Source of the DNA: Auanema rhodensis
Lineage: Eukaryota > Animalia > Nematoda
Assembly: GCA_964057225.1 (NCBI GenBank)
Contig: OZ059898.1
Span: forward strand, 7,688,001-7,752,000
DNA length: 64,000 bases
Direction: 5' to 3'
Shown: positions 26,185 through 39,706 of the stretch, one piece after another
How positions within the stretch are numbered: position 1 is the stretch's first letter
Layout: each line of letters begins with the position of its first letter
The notes under the pieces: model-generated
Databases searched by the model: none
What the model was told of the DNA's origin: nothing
Seen by the model: only the letters and a program-made list of their open reading frames with translations
Translations under genes and position numbers: made by a program

Positions 26185-28662
26185 ATGATTTTTCGAAGAT
26201 ATTTCAAAAATTCTCTAGTTTATCTGGGGCTGTGTGCTGCGTTACTATTCCTAAATAATTATTTTATTGTTTATGAGGAGGCTGTTCATACAGAAAATCG
26301 GGAGGTACATAGAATGGTATGAACAATGTAATATCGTGTAATAGGTTCGGATAGATTATTGTCCAGTTTATAATTTGTCTGCCGTATGTTTGTTTCATGA
26401 TCAAAAATGTATTATTGACGGTGAGAAGGAGTTGATTTGTGTTAAGGTTTGAAAATGTCTTCAGTAGATTTGTGAAATTATTTTTAGGATACAAATGACG
26501 TTTACATTCCATTCAATTTTCTTAAAAAACAATATGACATAACAGGGAAGTATAACAAGGGTAAATAATTAATTGGGTATGCCGATTTCGACTTTGTTTA
26601 TCTAGATGATGTTTTTGAGTGGGCAACTTCATATGCCAAGCTGAGAGTGCCAGAAGGAGAGTATGATCCAAGTGGTGAATTCGGACATTTTTCCACATAC
26701 AATGTGGAAAATCGAGATCGAGTGCGATGCATTAATGGTGGAACGGGTAGTTATTACTTATAGAACAAAATGGGAATGTAGTTATATAAGGTGTTCCAAT
26801 GTCTACTCAATGGGACACTGTTCCCTATTATTATCCAATACAAATAGCTCAATATGGCTTACAACATTTCAGTAGATTTAAACTAGGTTTTAGCTTGTAT
26901 TAATAGTTTTTTAATCATTCTGTCTAGCTAACACGACGAAGAAATTCATAAATATTGGAAGTGAAAGTAGGGAATGGAAGGGGTCACCCGGGGAAGCTGA
27001 TTCAAGCGAACGAGTTTTTTTTAGCGATATCGATAAAGGACCCGTAGTAAATATTACTGCTCCAGGTTTGTGCTGATTTCGTGCTGTATTCGATTCGATA
27101 ATAATTGTTTAGGATCTGTGGCAAACCCTGGATGCTACATCTATTTGAATGAAGACTCCGATTTACATTTAATTAGTTTTGAATGGTTCCCTTACTCAGA
27201 TAGTTCTTTTACTGTTTTAGTATGATATCAGTTTGTTAAAAACTCTCTTGAGAATTATTATAGGTCAAACTTCTTGAAACGAATACTGTTGTTTTCTTAA
27301 ATTATATTGAAAGCAACGATACTAAATGCATTTGGCCTGATGCATCAATCCCTGGCGAAGATCAGGTTCTTATGTCATATACTCAATTTCTGATATCATA
27401 TACTTTCTAAAATCTTTAAATATTGATATGTATATGTATATTTTTTAAAAATTTTCAGCTCTCATTCAATATTGCACTTGGAGAACTTAAACCTCAGTGG
27501 TATAAAGTTACTCGAGATATTCTCGTTGATGCTAGTAGGGCTCTGTATTCAAGGCTTGGCACTAAGAAAAAAAAAGATGATAATGTAATTCTTCATCCAA
27601 GTAATTCTTTCTCACGAAGTTTTAAAACTGAACTGAAATCTTTTCAGGTGATATTAAATTAGTAACATTGGGTTTTAGAGGGTTATGTACAGTTCGCCAA
27701 GAAATCCAACAAAAAAATCTAGCTTCAGAAGAATTTTTTCTTCGGTCTGCTGAATGGTTTTTAAATAATCAAGATAAAATGGTAGTAATATCATTTCTTC
27801 GTTCAAATTTCAATTAATTTAAAGGGAGGATGGGCTGTACCTGTGGAACGGTCAATTGCTGATAGAAGACTCGTACTGCCTGCTGGTTGGCATTCAGCAA
27901 TGGCACAAGTATTTAGAAATACTATATTTTAAAATATTAATTTGTAATTTTAGGGGCATGCGTTATCACTTTTATCAAGAGCTTATATACTAACAGAAAA
28001 TATGGATTATTTAGAATCAGCTGTGAACGCATTAGACTTGTTCGACATAGTAGTTTCTCATTATAATATATATTTATTTAATTTAATTCAGCCAGCAGAA
28101 GACGGAGGTGTATTAAATAAATTTTTCAATACTTCATGGTATGAAGAATATCCTACAACACCTGGATCTTTTGTTCTGAATGGCTTCATGTATTCTCTTA
28201 TCGGCTTGTATGATTTTAGTTCTTTGGAATTTAAATCTGAAGGTTGTGCTAATTAATGATTTATTTCCACTATGATATAGAATTTAGATAATTCTACTAT
28301 TGTTCAAGGAATTGATAAAGCTAAGGAGCTATTTGAAACAGGAATAAAATCTTTAAAGTAAAACTATATAATATTTAACATTTATCAAACTTTTTCACAG
28401 ACATTTGCTCCCTCTGTACGATACTGGAAGTGGTTCTATTTATGATTTACGTCATGTTGGCCTTCAAACTGCTCCCAACTTAGCCAGGTTTCGACAGTTG
28501 CCACAAACTGGGCTAACAATAATATTTTTCAGGTGGGATTATCACGCAGTTCACGTTTATCTTCTGAAATGGCTTGTTAAAATCACTGGAGATCAAACTT
28601 TAGACACTGTAGCAAATAGATGGATAGGGTATAGCCTTGGAAAACGGGCAAAGCATAATTAG
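26185..28662 (+). CDS. hse-5: Heparan sulfate D-glucuronyl C5-epimerase (GLCE)
   Basis: N-terminal TM anchor [23 protein letters not shown], then [72 protein letters not shown]. Confidence 0.96.
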
Positions 28663-30187
28663 GTTCTACTAAATTGTTTCATTTTCACGTTTTACTGTTC
28701 CTATTAGATTGTACATATTGAAAAGTTTTCTCATTCATTCCTTACGACAGGTTTTATTCATTGTGCTATGTACTTAACAACTCTCTCAACCTCGATGATA
28801 CTGTGAGCCATTAGTTGTGATTTCGGACGATTTTGTTAATTTATATATGCAGATAAATATTTTTGTTTCATCTTATGATTTCAAATTTCAATTTAATTAT
28901 TCAACAATGGGTTATAACGACAAATTAAAATGGTATGTCATGGGGTTTCTGATTGAAATCTAGCTTTTAGTAAGAATTTTTGGAAAACGAGAGTATAAAG
29001 AGGGAAATATAAAAACTATCTTTATCTATGTGAACTAAAACTTGTTTTAGAATATTGACGTATGGATGTAATCGGGATATGTTCCATTAACATGTTGGTG
29101 GGCATAAACTAGGTAGAATTCATGTCCACATACTTCCTTCCGCTTGTATATCCTTCATCGAACTATATTATTATTCATATTTATATCGTTATTGAATTTG
29201 TTTTTGCGACAATAATTGAACCCATTTTCCGAGGTGATGATGTTCAACTGTGGTTCATATGCCATAGATCACGGTATTTGTAGTGATATAACATCGGAAC
29301 TTATCGGAATTCATTGGTTTTCAGTATTATATCAATCAAAATTTTCTGTCAGTTCGCTCCAAAAAACGATTTCCATACAATTTAATGTTTCCTTACACAT
29401 TTGCATCTTACAATTCCTAAAACTCAAAAAAAAAGTTTTTTTTTTGAAAAATGTATACATTAACACTTCTTTTGTTAACATCTTTTGTTAACTTTTTCAT
29501 TTCTATCATAGATGTTTCAGTTTAGGCATAACGTTAAAGTTCAATTTTAACTTATTCAAGATTTTTTCTCTTTTTCGCTCTATGAAGGGTGAATTTGAAT
29601 TCAAAAAACTCATAGAATATGATTGTGCGTTTAATCCGTCTGAAATCATAATATCATAATCATAGAAATCATAATTTTATAAATCAGACAGGGTGTTGTG
29701 TCAGGATATGTATGCATCTCGGAAACCTGATCGTGTTGCTTTCAACTTTAATACCTTTGTGTATCGTGTCTTATTTATTTCTTAATATAAAATATAATAT
29801 GTGTATTTAATTGATATAAATTATTCTTTAATATGTAATTATTTAATTCATATTTGTTTTATTATTATTTAATAATACATATATTTAAATATGTTTAAAA
29901 TTAAAATCTATTTTTTAATTATAAATAATAATATTATTCCATTACACGTAGTTGATTCGTTTGTTCTATAAAGTATTCCATTTTTATTTAATCATATCAC
30001 ATGGATTCTTTTTTGGAAACTTGTATCGGACTCTGCCTATATTATGGAAATGCTTCTGTATCTGTTAGTTCGCTTCTGTATCTGTTAGGCATTGTTACTC
30101 TTAACGTTGTCGTCAGAATAATTGAATTTATCTATAATTTTCACAATTTCAACTTGAATTCAATCAAAATTTCCAGGACTGGAATAC

Positions 30188-32951
30188 ATGAGCACCTCAA
30201 GAGGATATGTGTGGTTGCGTGAGCTTCGTACGTATTTCAAAAGCATTTGGATTATAATTGCTCCAATTATTCTCATTCCGCTAACTTTCTATGGAACGGT
30301 TTGATTTTTAATCTTTGGTACATTTCTACATCAGAACAGAAAAAAAATTAAATAAGAAATATATACATGTATATCTAATAAGCTGAACAGGATACGGCGA
30401 TAGGGTATCTAAATCAAGATTGAAAATAGCTTTAGAATTATCATTATATATTATACAATTTTTAAATTTATTTTCAGGAAGGAAAATGTTGTTACTGTAT
30501 ATTCTTGATGTCATGTTATTGGGTATCAGAAGTTGTTCCTCTAGCAATAACAGCTTTTATACCTTTAGTAATATTACCTCTTTTGGGTGTCTTACCAGTA
30601 AAACAATTAGCATCATCATATCTTAGTGTTAGTTAACATTACAAATTGATTACTTTGAAGTTCTAATTCAGGATACTAATATGCTATTTATCACTAGCTT
30701 GATGCTTTCTGTAGCAGTGGAAGAATCACAATTACACAAGAGAATAGCTTTAAAACTATTAACTTATGTTGGTTCCAAACCACAATGGTATGGGTTTTTA
30801 TAGTTTATTTTAATAAGTTATATCACAAAATTCTAAATTTAATAGGCTGATGGCTGGTTTCATGTGCATTACTTCATTCATGTAAGTATTTTATTTACTA
30901 TAACTTTATAATTTATGTTGTTAGATCATTATGGATATCAGATACAGCATGTGCAGCTCTAATGTCTCCTATAGCTTACGCTTTATTAGAAGCAATCATG
31001 GTTCATAAAATGAGAAAAAAAGATGTATTTACTTTCTATTTTCTTTTTTTTCAAATGAAGAATACAATTTTCAGATTGAAACTGGTGAGACAATAACAAA
31101 TGATCCCTATGATTGTAAAGATTCCGAACAGTACGTTTTCTTATAGCAAGAAAAAAAGTTGATTTGAATTAAATACTTCAAATGATTCAAATTTTTAATA
31201 AAAAGAAAAATAAAAGTATATAAACATAAAAAGTGAAACACTATCAGTTCTATATAACATGATTTTCTAAATATTTAAATCGTTTCACACAGTTTTCCGG
31301 AAAAATGTAAATACATACACATATAAACATGTATATTACAGATCCGACAGAAAACTAGATGTCAGCAGATTGTCACCTAGAGATCGAGGTATTATATCAA
31401 GAAATAAGAAAATTAAATTAAATCATTTAAATAATAATTTATTCTCATATTTAAAATTTGTTCCACTTTGTGATTGCTCGTATTTCCTAGGTATCTGCAA
31501 ATCTTTGATGTTAATAGTCTCGCATGCATCTCTTATTGGCGGAACTGGCACAATAAATTCAACGGGACCAAATTTGATATTTAGAGATACATTGGAAAAG
31601 TTATTATGATATTTATTTTTTATTTTATTTATTGATTACTTTAGGTTTTATCCTGGAGAAGATACAAAAATTAGTTACTTATCATGGATGAGTTTTGCTA
31701 TACCTCCTATGATTGGTTATATGTTTGCATCGTGGTTTGTAGTACAAGTATTAGATATTGAAGAATACTATAGTCATCAAGTTATTTTAGCTTCAATTTA
31801 TGGGATTTGAACATATACTTAGACTTTTTGCTGAATCAACTGAGGAAGAGAAATATGATGAGGAATATGCAAAAAAGGCCGTACAATCAGCTTATCAAAA
31901 CTTAGGACCAATGACGTAAAATAAAGAATGTGAATTCATTAAACTTCTTATTAACCAGATTTGCTGAAAAATCAACGCTAACAATATTTCTTTTAACCGT
32001 TACTTCATGGATTACTAGTGATCCAAAAGTTATTCCTGGATGGACCAGTCTTTTTCGAAAGTAAATTATATTTTATATTATATACTAAATGAAATCTTCA
32101 AACTTTTAGAGGATACGTGTCGGACACTTGTACTGGAATGATTGCTGTATTCCTTCTATTTGCCTGGCCTCGCGAGAAGCCTGATTTTGCTATATTTAGA
32201 CCGGCTGAAGGTCCTATTTACTAATAATCTAAAGATATACTCTAGATATATTTATAGGCAGAGGGCGACCATCAGTCAATCGTGAAGCTTTACTAACATG
32301 GGATGCTGTTAAAAGACGATTCCCATGGTCTGTAATGTTTCTTTTAGGAGCGGGTTTTGCTATTTCAGCAAGTGTTAAAGTAAGCCACATTGTTATGTAA
32401 TAGAGTACCCAATTTATTTGAAGGAAAGTGGATTATCATCTCTCCTTGCTTGTAATATTCAATATATGTTGCAATCTATGCCTCTTATTGTGATGCAAAT
32501 TGTTTTATCCATCATCGTTGTTGTAATGACGGAATTCTCAACAAATTCTGCGACAGCTAGTATTTTCATTCCAATTTCATTCAATATTGTAAATTAATCC
32601 GTATCATTTTTACAAACAGTCGTTTATTTCAGGCAGAAAAGGTTGGAGCACATCCTTTATATTTTTCTATTCCTGCAGCTATTGGTCCTTCATTTTCCTT
32701 TATGCTTCCCATGGCTACCCCGCCTAATGCCATTGTTTATGAAACGAAAACAATGTCAATGCTTGATATGGTAAGAGAGATATCACATCTATCTCACTAA
32801 TATACTTTAGGTTTCCTGTGGTATTTTTCTAAACGTTTTCTGTATTCTAATCACTGTTATCAATATGAATACGTATACTTACTGGCTATTCGACTTGGGT
32901 ATTTATCCACAATATGTGCAATTTCATAATAATACTGCAGTTTGCTCATAA
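30188..32951 (+). CDS. SLC13 Na+/dicarboxylate or sulfate cotransporter (B0285.6-like)
   Basis: [75 protein letters not shown]. Confidence 0.93.
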
Positions 32952-33375
32952 GTTAAATACAGATCTTAAAACAAAAATATTATGCATATTTCGCATAACA
33001 GTTGTACATATAGTTTTTAACTGATTAGTATTTTAAGATTGTTATTGTTTTAGTTTAATAAATTTTTAAACTTCTATGACTGTATATGATTATTGAAGGT
33101 ATAATAATTGAAAAGCATGTATAACGGAGTTACCTTGCTTAATATCATTTTTCGAAGAGGATTGATAAAATAGTTGATAAAATAGTAGTATCACTGGGAA
33201 TCATGGACCAATTCAAATTGTCTGACCTCTTGAGAAAAGGCGGTGGTTCAAAATATTCAAGACTGTCACTAAAATATAGCTATTAAGCCAGTAGGAGTTT
33301 CCTCTTGTAGATTGCAACATGGAAATTTCTTTATTAATATATGACTAGGATACAATGTTATGTTATATAATTAAA

Positions 33376-34127
33376 TTAGTCTTTTGTTTCTTCTACTTGT
33401 TTTGTTCCTTCTGATTCCGTAGATTCTGCTTCTTCCAACTTATCTTCATTTTTATTTTCCTTGTTTTCAAGTCCTTCATCGATTCCGCCTTCCACTATAC
33501 TCAACTCTTTTTTTTTCTTTGCTTCTTCATCCTCCGCGGTAACTTTTTGGTTGTGATGAGGTTGCCACCAATAGGGATTTTTATTTCGATCTGCACCATT
33601 CCAGTGTCCTAATAATATCCCATTATTGCTTATTATTGAATAAAAAAATTATTTTGGTAATACTTACGAACTATGCCATGAATTTCGTCAGCAGGAAATC
33701 CGAGAACCTAAAAAAAGTTCTTTGCAATGTCTGTAGATATGTATAACTTACTTTACGCCTTGGAACAATATTGTGCGCTCTCCAATAGTTATGAACATTT
33801 AACATTATTGTTCCTCTACTATACTCTATGCAGATATTATACACCTATCAAAATCTTTTTCACTACTGCATAGTTTAGTACTTACTCTACAGAAGAAATC
33901 ATGCCTGCTATTGACTCGTTGAAGTCTCAGTTCAGCTTTGTTTTTCTCACATTTTTCTGGATATCCCTCATTTAACGGATCACATGGATGTCTGTAATAA
34001 ATCACTTTGAGTAAATATTAAAAAATGGTTACCTGTAGGGTTTTGGTAGCATTGCTTTTGTAATTTTGAGCGAATGAATACTTCGGAGTAGTACAAGATA
34101 GAGTAATGAAAAGCTGACAACTTTCAT
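33376..34127 (-). CDS. Secreted orphan protein (~190 aa) with a Cys-containing N-domain and an acidic E/K-rich tail
   Basis: Not in the ORF track. Five phase-consistent exons: MKVVSFSLLYLVLLRSIHSLKITKAMLPKPYR/HPCDPLNEGYPEKCEKNKAELRLQRVNSRHDFFCR/VYNICIEYSRG...RRK/VLGFPADEIHGIV/RHWNGADRNKNPYWWQPHH...EETKD*. Confidence 0.75.
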
Positions 34128-34482
34128 TTTATATAAATGAAATAGAATGATCAGAACTAACTTATTTCTTTACATGTGTTTTCTTCGAAAACAAGCAATT
34201 ATTCTTATAATTGAGAGCGGAGGTGAAACTGGCACTCATCATTCTTGTGTAATAACTAGATCCATTTAAGTATTGTACTAAGAGAGAAATTTTGAATAAT
34301 TATAAGCCTGTATTTATTTTTTTATTTCTTATATTAGGTTTCTTAATAAAAGTAATAGTTCTAATTTAGTGAATACTGACTACTAACTTTTTACTATCAT
34401 CCCAAATATAAATATCCAACTGTTTTGGGAAGTAAGTGTTTTTTTTGAAAAAATTTTCTTGAAATTTATCATTTCCTTCAGA

Positions 34483-34632
34483 ATGTCGGATGTTGAAGAT
34501 AACACAGAATTAGATTTATTATTGGAAACACTGGAAGCTGATGAAGACAGTTTTGACGGGGGAGATAATCTGGCATCAGAAAAATTAGACGATGATTCAT
34601 TTATAACATGTGATTCGAGATTCAACAAGTAT

Positions 34633-34672
<40 letters not shown>

Positions 34673-37604
34673 ATATTTTATTAATCTCTATAGAACCTCC
34701 GTTTCTACTATGGATGGAACATTTTGTTCAGCCGCTTCAACTATGCACACAGACGACTCCTTTAGAACTGTTAATGGCGATATGAATGATGTTTGTTTTT
34801 TTCTTTATTATTCAACCGAATTATTTTTGTGAAGACGTACGAGGATGATACAACGCCAGAACCTCACATAGAGTCGCCAGATTTCCTTTCAAATGGTTTT
34901 ACTAATTACAGTTTCAAATATTGAAAAAATATTTTGTAGAAAAAGAGAGCACAGCATCACCCAACAACGGAAATTCTCAAAAAAAAGGTTTGTGGTCACG
35001 TGGATTGCTGCGTTACATAAAAATATACAGTATCTGCAAAAATTGTTCCCATTGACTTTGGCATGCAACCTAAGCCTAAGGTTGATGAGTATTCTGCTGT
35101 TCTTTTCGGATCTGACTCTGAAGATGATGATTTGATAGAAAAAGAGTTAGTAGAAAAGATTTTGAATGATTAAGACATTTATGTTCCAGAAATCTAAATG
35201 AATCTGGAAGAAATATCAAGAAAAGCATATCTTCTCGTTTTAGAGAAGAAGAGAAGTCCAAACCTCTACCTTGCCCTGTACATGCACGTAGAATGATACT
35301 ATTTATATATAATTTTTTCAGTCTAATTACAAAACACCTTCTTCTTCTGTACAAAAATCAGTTCTGACGGGACTGTCTGACCAATCTGAACCCGCTATAG
35401 AATCGGTTGCATTCGATAAATTTTTCAACATAAAAATAAGGTGATAAATTTTTTTAAAAATAGTCCTGAAATTTGGATTTAAGAAATCCAAAAGTTAGTT
35501 CGATGGCATTTGAAACTCTAACAGATGGAATGCGTAAAATCCGAGCTTCAGATATTCGTTATGGACTGAAAGGTTTCGACAAAACTACGAATTATTGATA
35601 TTTTAGAAATTCAGATAAGTTTGTTACTATTGGTGTGATTGTGGATAAAAGTGAAGTGAAAAAGAGTGCCAACGGTAAAGATTATGTTATGTGGAGGATT
35701 CACGACTTGAAGGTAACTTTCTTTGAAGGCATTTTTAACAATTGAATAATTATCAAGGATTGTCAAACTCAAAGTTTGAAAGTTCTTTTGTTCGGAGAAT
35801 GCTGCAAAGAGAACTGGAAATTGCAAGCTGGTACAGCTATTGGTTTAATTGCGCCTGAAGTTGGTGATCCTCCTAAGGAGAGCAAAGGTTTAACGAAAAT
35901 ACTGACTTTCCAAAACGTTCAATCATAGACAAACAAGTCGCCGCGAGGGTTTTCAAAAAAGCTCAAGTCATGGAACTCGGCTTCTGCCCAAGTTATGGCA
36001 TTTGCAGGGTGAGTTAATTTTTTTTTTTCTGATTTAGTTCTCTTCTTTAGGCTATTAAGAATGACTCTCAAAAATGTACAAATTTTGTTAACATGGATAT
36101 TTCTGAGTTTTGTATGTATCACGTTATGAGTCAAGTTAGAAGTTTGTCATCAAAAAGAGGTTAATCTTACATGTTTGCAATTTGCTTGAATTTTCGTTGT
36201 TCTAGGAACATTCAATAATATCAGTGGAGCTCCTGCCAAAAAGAGACAACCTTCTAATCCTCAAAATGGCTTATTAATAAACAAGTATTCATCAATCTTG
36301 TGGTTAGAAGCACAAAACGTTTTTTAGACCTACGTCACAGAAACTTCAAAATGGAAAGTTTAGTATAGAATCTGATACTGTGAAAGTATCATCAACATTT
36401 GCCCCTGTAGCATCTACTGCAAAGACAACTACAAAGACAGAAGAGAAGGAAACGTTGACACAATTAATGACTTCTAGAGTATAATATTTAAATCCATATT
36501 GGCAAAAATTCTAGCAAATTGTTTTAGTCACATCTGATGGGTGCCCGAAATTTAATGAAATTAACCGGTGATAAAGACGTGAAACCTACAGCTATTACAG
36601 CGAAACATACTTCCATGGCTGATTTTATGAAGGAACGCATGGTATGCATATCACATTTTTCTTTAATCCATCGAGATAATCTAGATAGCGGAGGCTAAAA
36701 CTCAATCTCCACAGTTGGGTTCTGGTATGTCCAGAGGTGTAATTTCGCTTACAAATACCAGGAAAAGACTGTCTACGGATCATGAAGCGGCACGGGTTTC
36801 TAATTTTATTGTAATTAAAAGTTATTATATATTTGTATAGCAAAGAGCTATTGAGTTATACAAGAAAAGCAAGGAAAAGAAAGCTGCTACTCCGACCATT
36901 AGTCAACCAAAGAAGAGATCCGCTACTGGTTAAAGCGCTTTTCCTAATGTTAAAATTAGTTCTTTTCTAGATAGCAATAATGAAGATACTCCTTCGAAGA
37001 AAACTAAAATAGGAACAGCAAGTAAAGAAGATATCGAAAGAATTCTTCAACGCAAATTCTTATCCGATAAAGCTGCTGATAAGGTTTAGAAAAAATAATT
37101 ATAATACGATTTTCGTTATATCGTTGAAATTTAAGGAGGAACATACTGCTGTAGAAAAATATTTGGATAATATGGAGAAAAGGGAAAAGGTTGAAACTGT
37201 TGTTACCACTTGTATGTCTCTAAAAAATGTCAAAGTATACTCATGTAAAAAGGTTTTTTTTAACTTTTCTAAACTTTTCAAAACTTTTTTTAAAGTGTAA
37301 TTACACAGCTCAAAAAAGAAGTGATCTATGTTTGCGTAATGGGCACGCAGTTACTGAGCACATGGCAGAGAAACGGTTTTTCAAGTGTAAGGGATGCAAT
37401 AGGAGAGAGATCGCCTATGGTGTGCTTCCCAATAAGCCTTGTCAGGTAACAGATTAATTTTATTTTAATATCTGTTTAATTGAATTGCAGGGATGTGACT
37501 CCAATAATTGGGAACGGGTTGCTTTACGTGATGAACGAAGAGTGAAACTGGATAATGAACAACTAAAAGTTCGAGGCGATGAGCAGAAGTTCGTTAATCG
37601 TTAA
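34483..37604 (+). CDS. mcm-10: DNA replication factor MCM10
   Basis: Acidic N-terminus; OB fold (GVIVDKSEVKKSANGKDYVMWRIHDL); zf-primase (ELGFCPSYGIC...CTNFVN..ISEFCMYH); C-terminal CKKC/HAVTEH/FFKCKGC/CQGC zinc motifs; LKVRGDEQKFVNR*. Confidence 0.92.
34636..34669. repeat. (AT)n microsatellite, ~17 units, in mcm-10 intron 1
   Basis: Directly visible ATATAT run. Confidence 0.95.
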
Positions 37605-37807
37605 AAATGTCTTAAGTTATTACTTCTATATAATAAATTCTATATATGTATATAAATAGTGAAAATATGTTTTATGCATTGTTTTACTCCAAACAAATTG
37701 TTACGAACTAATGTAAATTAAATAAACAATGTTTATGCTAATTAAACGTTTCTCTATCAAGTTTACATTCCTTGGATTATTTAAGACAGTGCGGTCGTGA
37801 CAACATA

Positions 37808-39471
37808 ATGGCGGCAGCCGATAAGTATATAAGTAAAATATTAAAAATAGAGTAATTTATAACATTCTAGGCAGACTAGTGTTCCGGCAAAATATGGTCA
37901 GTTTTTCTGATTTAGCGTTTGAACTCTGAATTCAGGAAATATGAATACAAACTGTGAATTGCTGAAGAACGAGGGTTACTATTTATTATTTAGATTGTGA
38001 TATTTCTTCATTTTCAGACAAGGTGAAATTGTTAAAATCAGAATATTTCTTGTACAGTTTTATCTCTACTTAATATTGTTTTGAAGACTGTCAAAATACT
38101 TCATTCGAAAGGAATTGAAAAAGTACTACTTTCCCAATTGATTCAAGTGTCCTCTGTGATTAAAGAAGTCGTGTTTTGGTTGCTGACATGCTTTTATTTC
38201 TTCCAATAATGTTTTAGCATGTTTTGGAAGGAAATAGTCCTACAGTTCTCCAATTGACGGAATACAATGAAGATTGTGTAGCGTTTTTTGTTGATTATGT
38301 TAAAGGAAAACAGTCTAAGGTGGTCCACGATGAGCATTTTTTTTGATTATACGAATAATAGGAATCAATTACTTTTTCTGTGATGGAAGAACTACTGCGA
38401 GTATGTAAAGTTTTAGGGTTACAGGAGTTTCAACATAAATTAGAGAAGGTATTCATCAAAATTATCAAAATTTAAAGTAGCCTAGTAAATTTTTAGACCT
38501 TACTTAACTCTTGTGAGGTTGCTGAAAATCTTATTCAGAGTCTCTTGATTATGCATATGAAGAATCTTTCGAGAGAAGTGAATATTTATGCTATCTTTTG
38601 CAGATACTAAGAATTTTGATTTTCATAAATTTAGACAGAATCCTTGATACTCGAAAAGGCTGCAAATAAGTTCAATGACCTAGTTAGTCAGCCTTCATTT
38701 AATTCTCTTCCTTTCAATCAACTTCTCATCTTATTGTGCAGGTAATGGTATAATTGCATATTTATTTTAGTATCAAACATTTTTAGTTGTGAGTTGGATA
38801 TTGAAAACGAATTGACAATAGCAGATACTATTTTACTGTGGTTATTCAACCAACCGTCTCCAGAGTATTTTGCTGCAGCTCTGTTATCTTCAGTATCTTT
38901 TTAACTGTTTTGATTCTTATGAAATGCTTTCAGATACGAACTCACAAGCTCACTGCGGCGGACAAAGAAATCTTGCTCGAGCGTATTAAAGTTTTGGAAT
39001 TTTCTGACTCTGTATTTGATATTTCATTTTACATATTCTTGAAATCTGCTCTATAGATACTTCGATTGGCTGAATTATTCTTGACTTCAGATCACAATGC
39101 AAGGCCTTGTCTTAATCCTGATCACATAACTAATCACTTTATCCGTTGTGGTCAAAATAAGCCCTCAACTTCCAAAGGAATAATTTCCATGCCTCTCAGT
39201 CAACCTCGTGAAGGTTTAAAATTGATGAAGAAAAGTAGTGCAATAAAGTAATAGTTTTTAATTTTGAACTTAGATGATGAGTGTTTCTGCGCTAGAATAA
39301 GTAAGAAACAAGAGGTAATATCTAAATGTTCAAAACCTGTTGCTAAACAATCATCTTCAACAAGTGTAATATTATCTGCATGCACTGAATGAACAATCTA
39401 TTATGTTGCAGGTGGTGTCTTTAAAGAAAAATTCAACAGCAGTGAAAGGAAAAATTTTTAAATGGTTCTAG
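37808..39471 (+). CDS. BTB/POZ-BACK domain protein
   Basis: Degenerate BTB (FFVDYVKG...LRVCKVLGLQEF) and BACK-like FNSLPFNQLLILLCS/CELDIENELTIADTILLW. Many small exons; the 3' exon assignment is less certain. Confidence 0.7.
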
Positions 39472-39706
39472 TGAATAAACCGAAATTGTTTCTGTTAGTT
39501 CTACTTTCTTAAGTTGCACTTAGCCTGATGGGGCCAGAAGAGTTGCATCGCAAGCCCAATGTTCTTCTAATCATATTGAAAACTGCAGCACAATTAGAAC
39601 ATAATAATAGTTTCCACTTTATTTGAAAAAAAAAACAACAACGGGTATATATATTTCTGAGTGAACAACAAAAACAAAATATGGAATTGAATAATAGTTG
39701 GTTAAT

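Noticed and set aside
30052-30087. Tandem duplication GCTTCTGTATCTGTTAG x2 and ORF 30001-30222
   Set aside because: A simple local duplication. The SLC13 frame starts at 30188 after a TTCCAG acceptor.
35069-35080. CCTAAGCCTAAG as a telomerase RNA template or telomeric seed
   Set aside because: It lies inside an mcm-10 coding exon (PKPK) and is only two units long.
39490-39610. GC-richer segment between convergent genes as an H/ACA snoRNA
   Set aside because: Hairpins are present, but H and ACA boxes do not fall in correct positions on the same strand.
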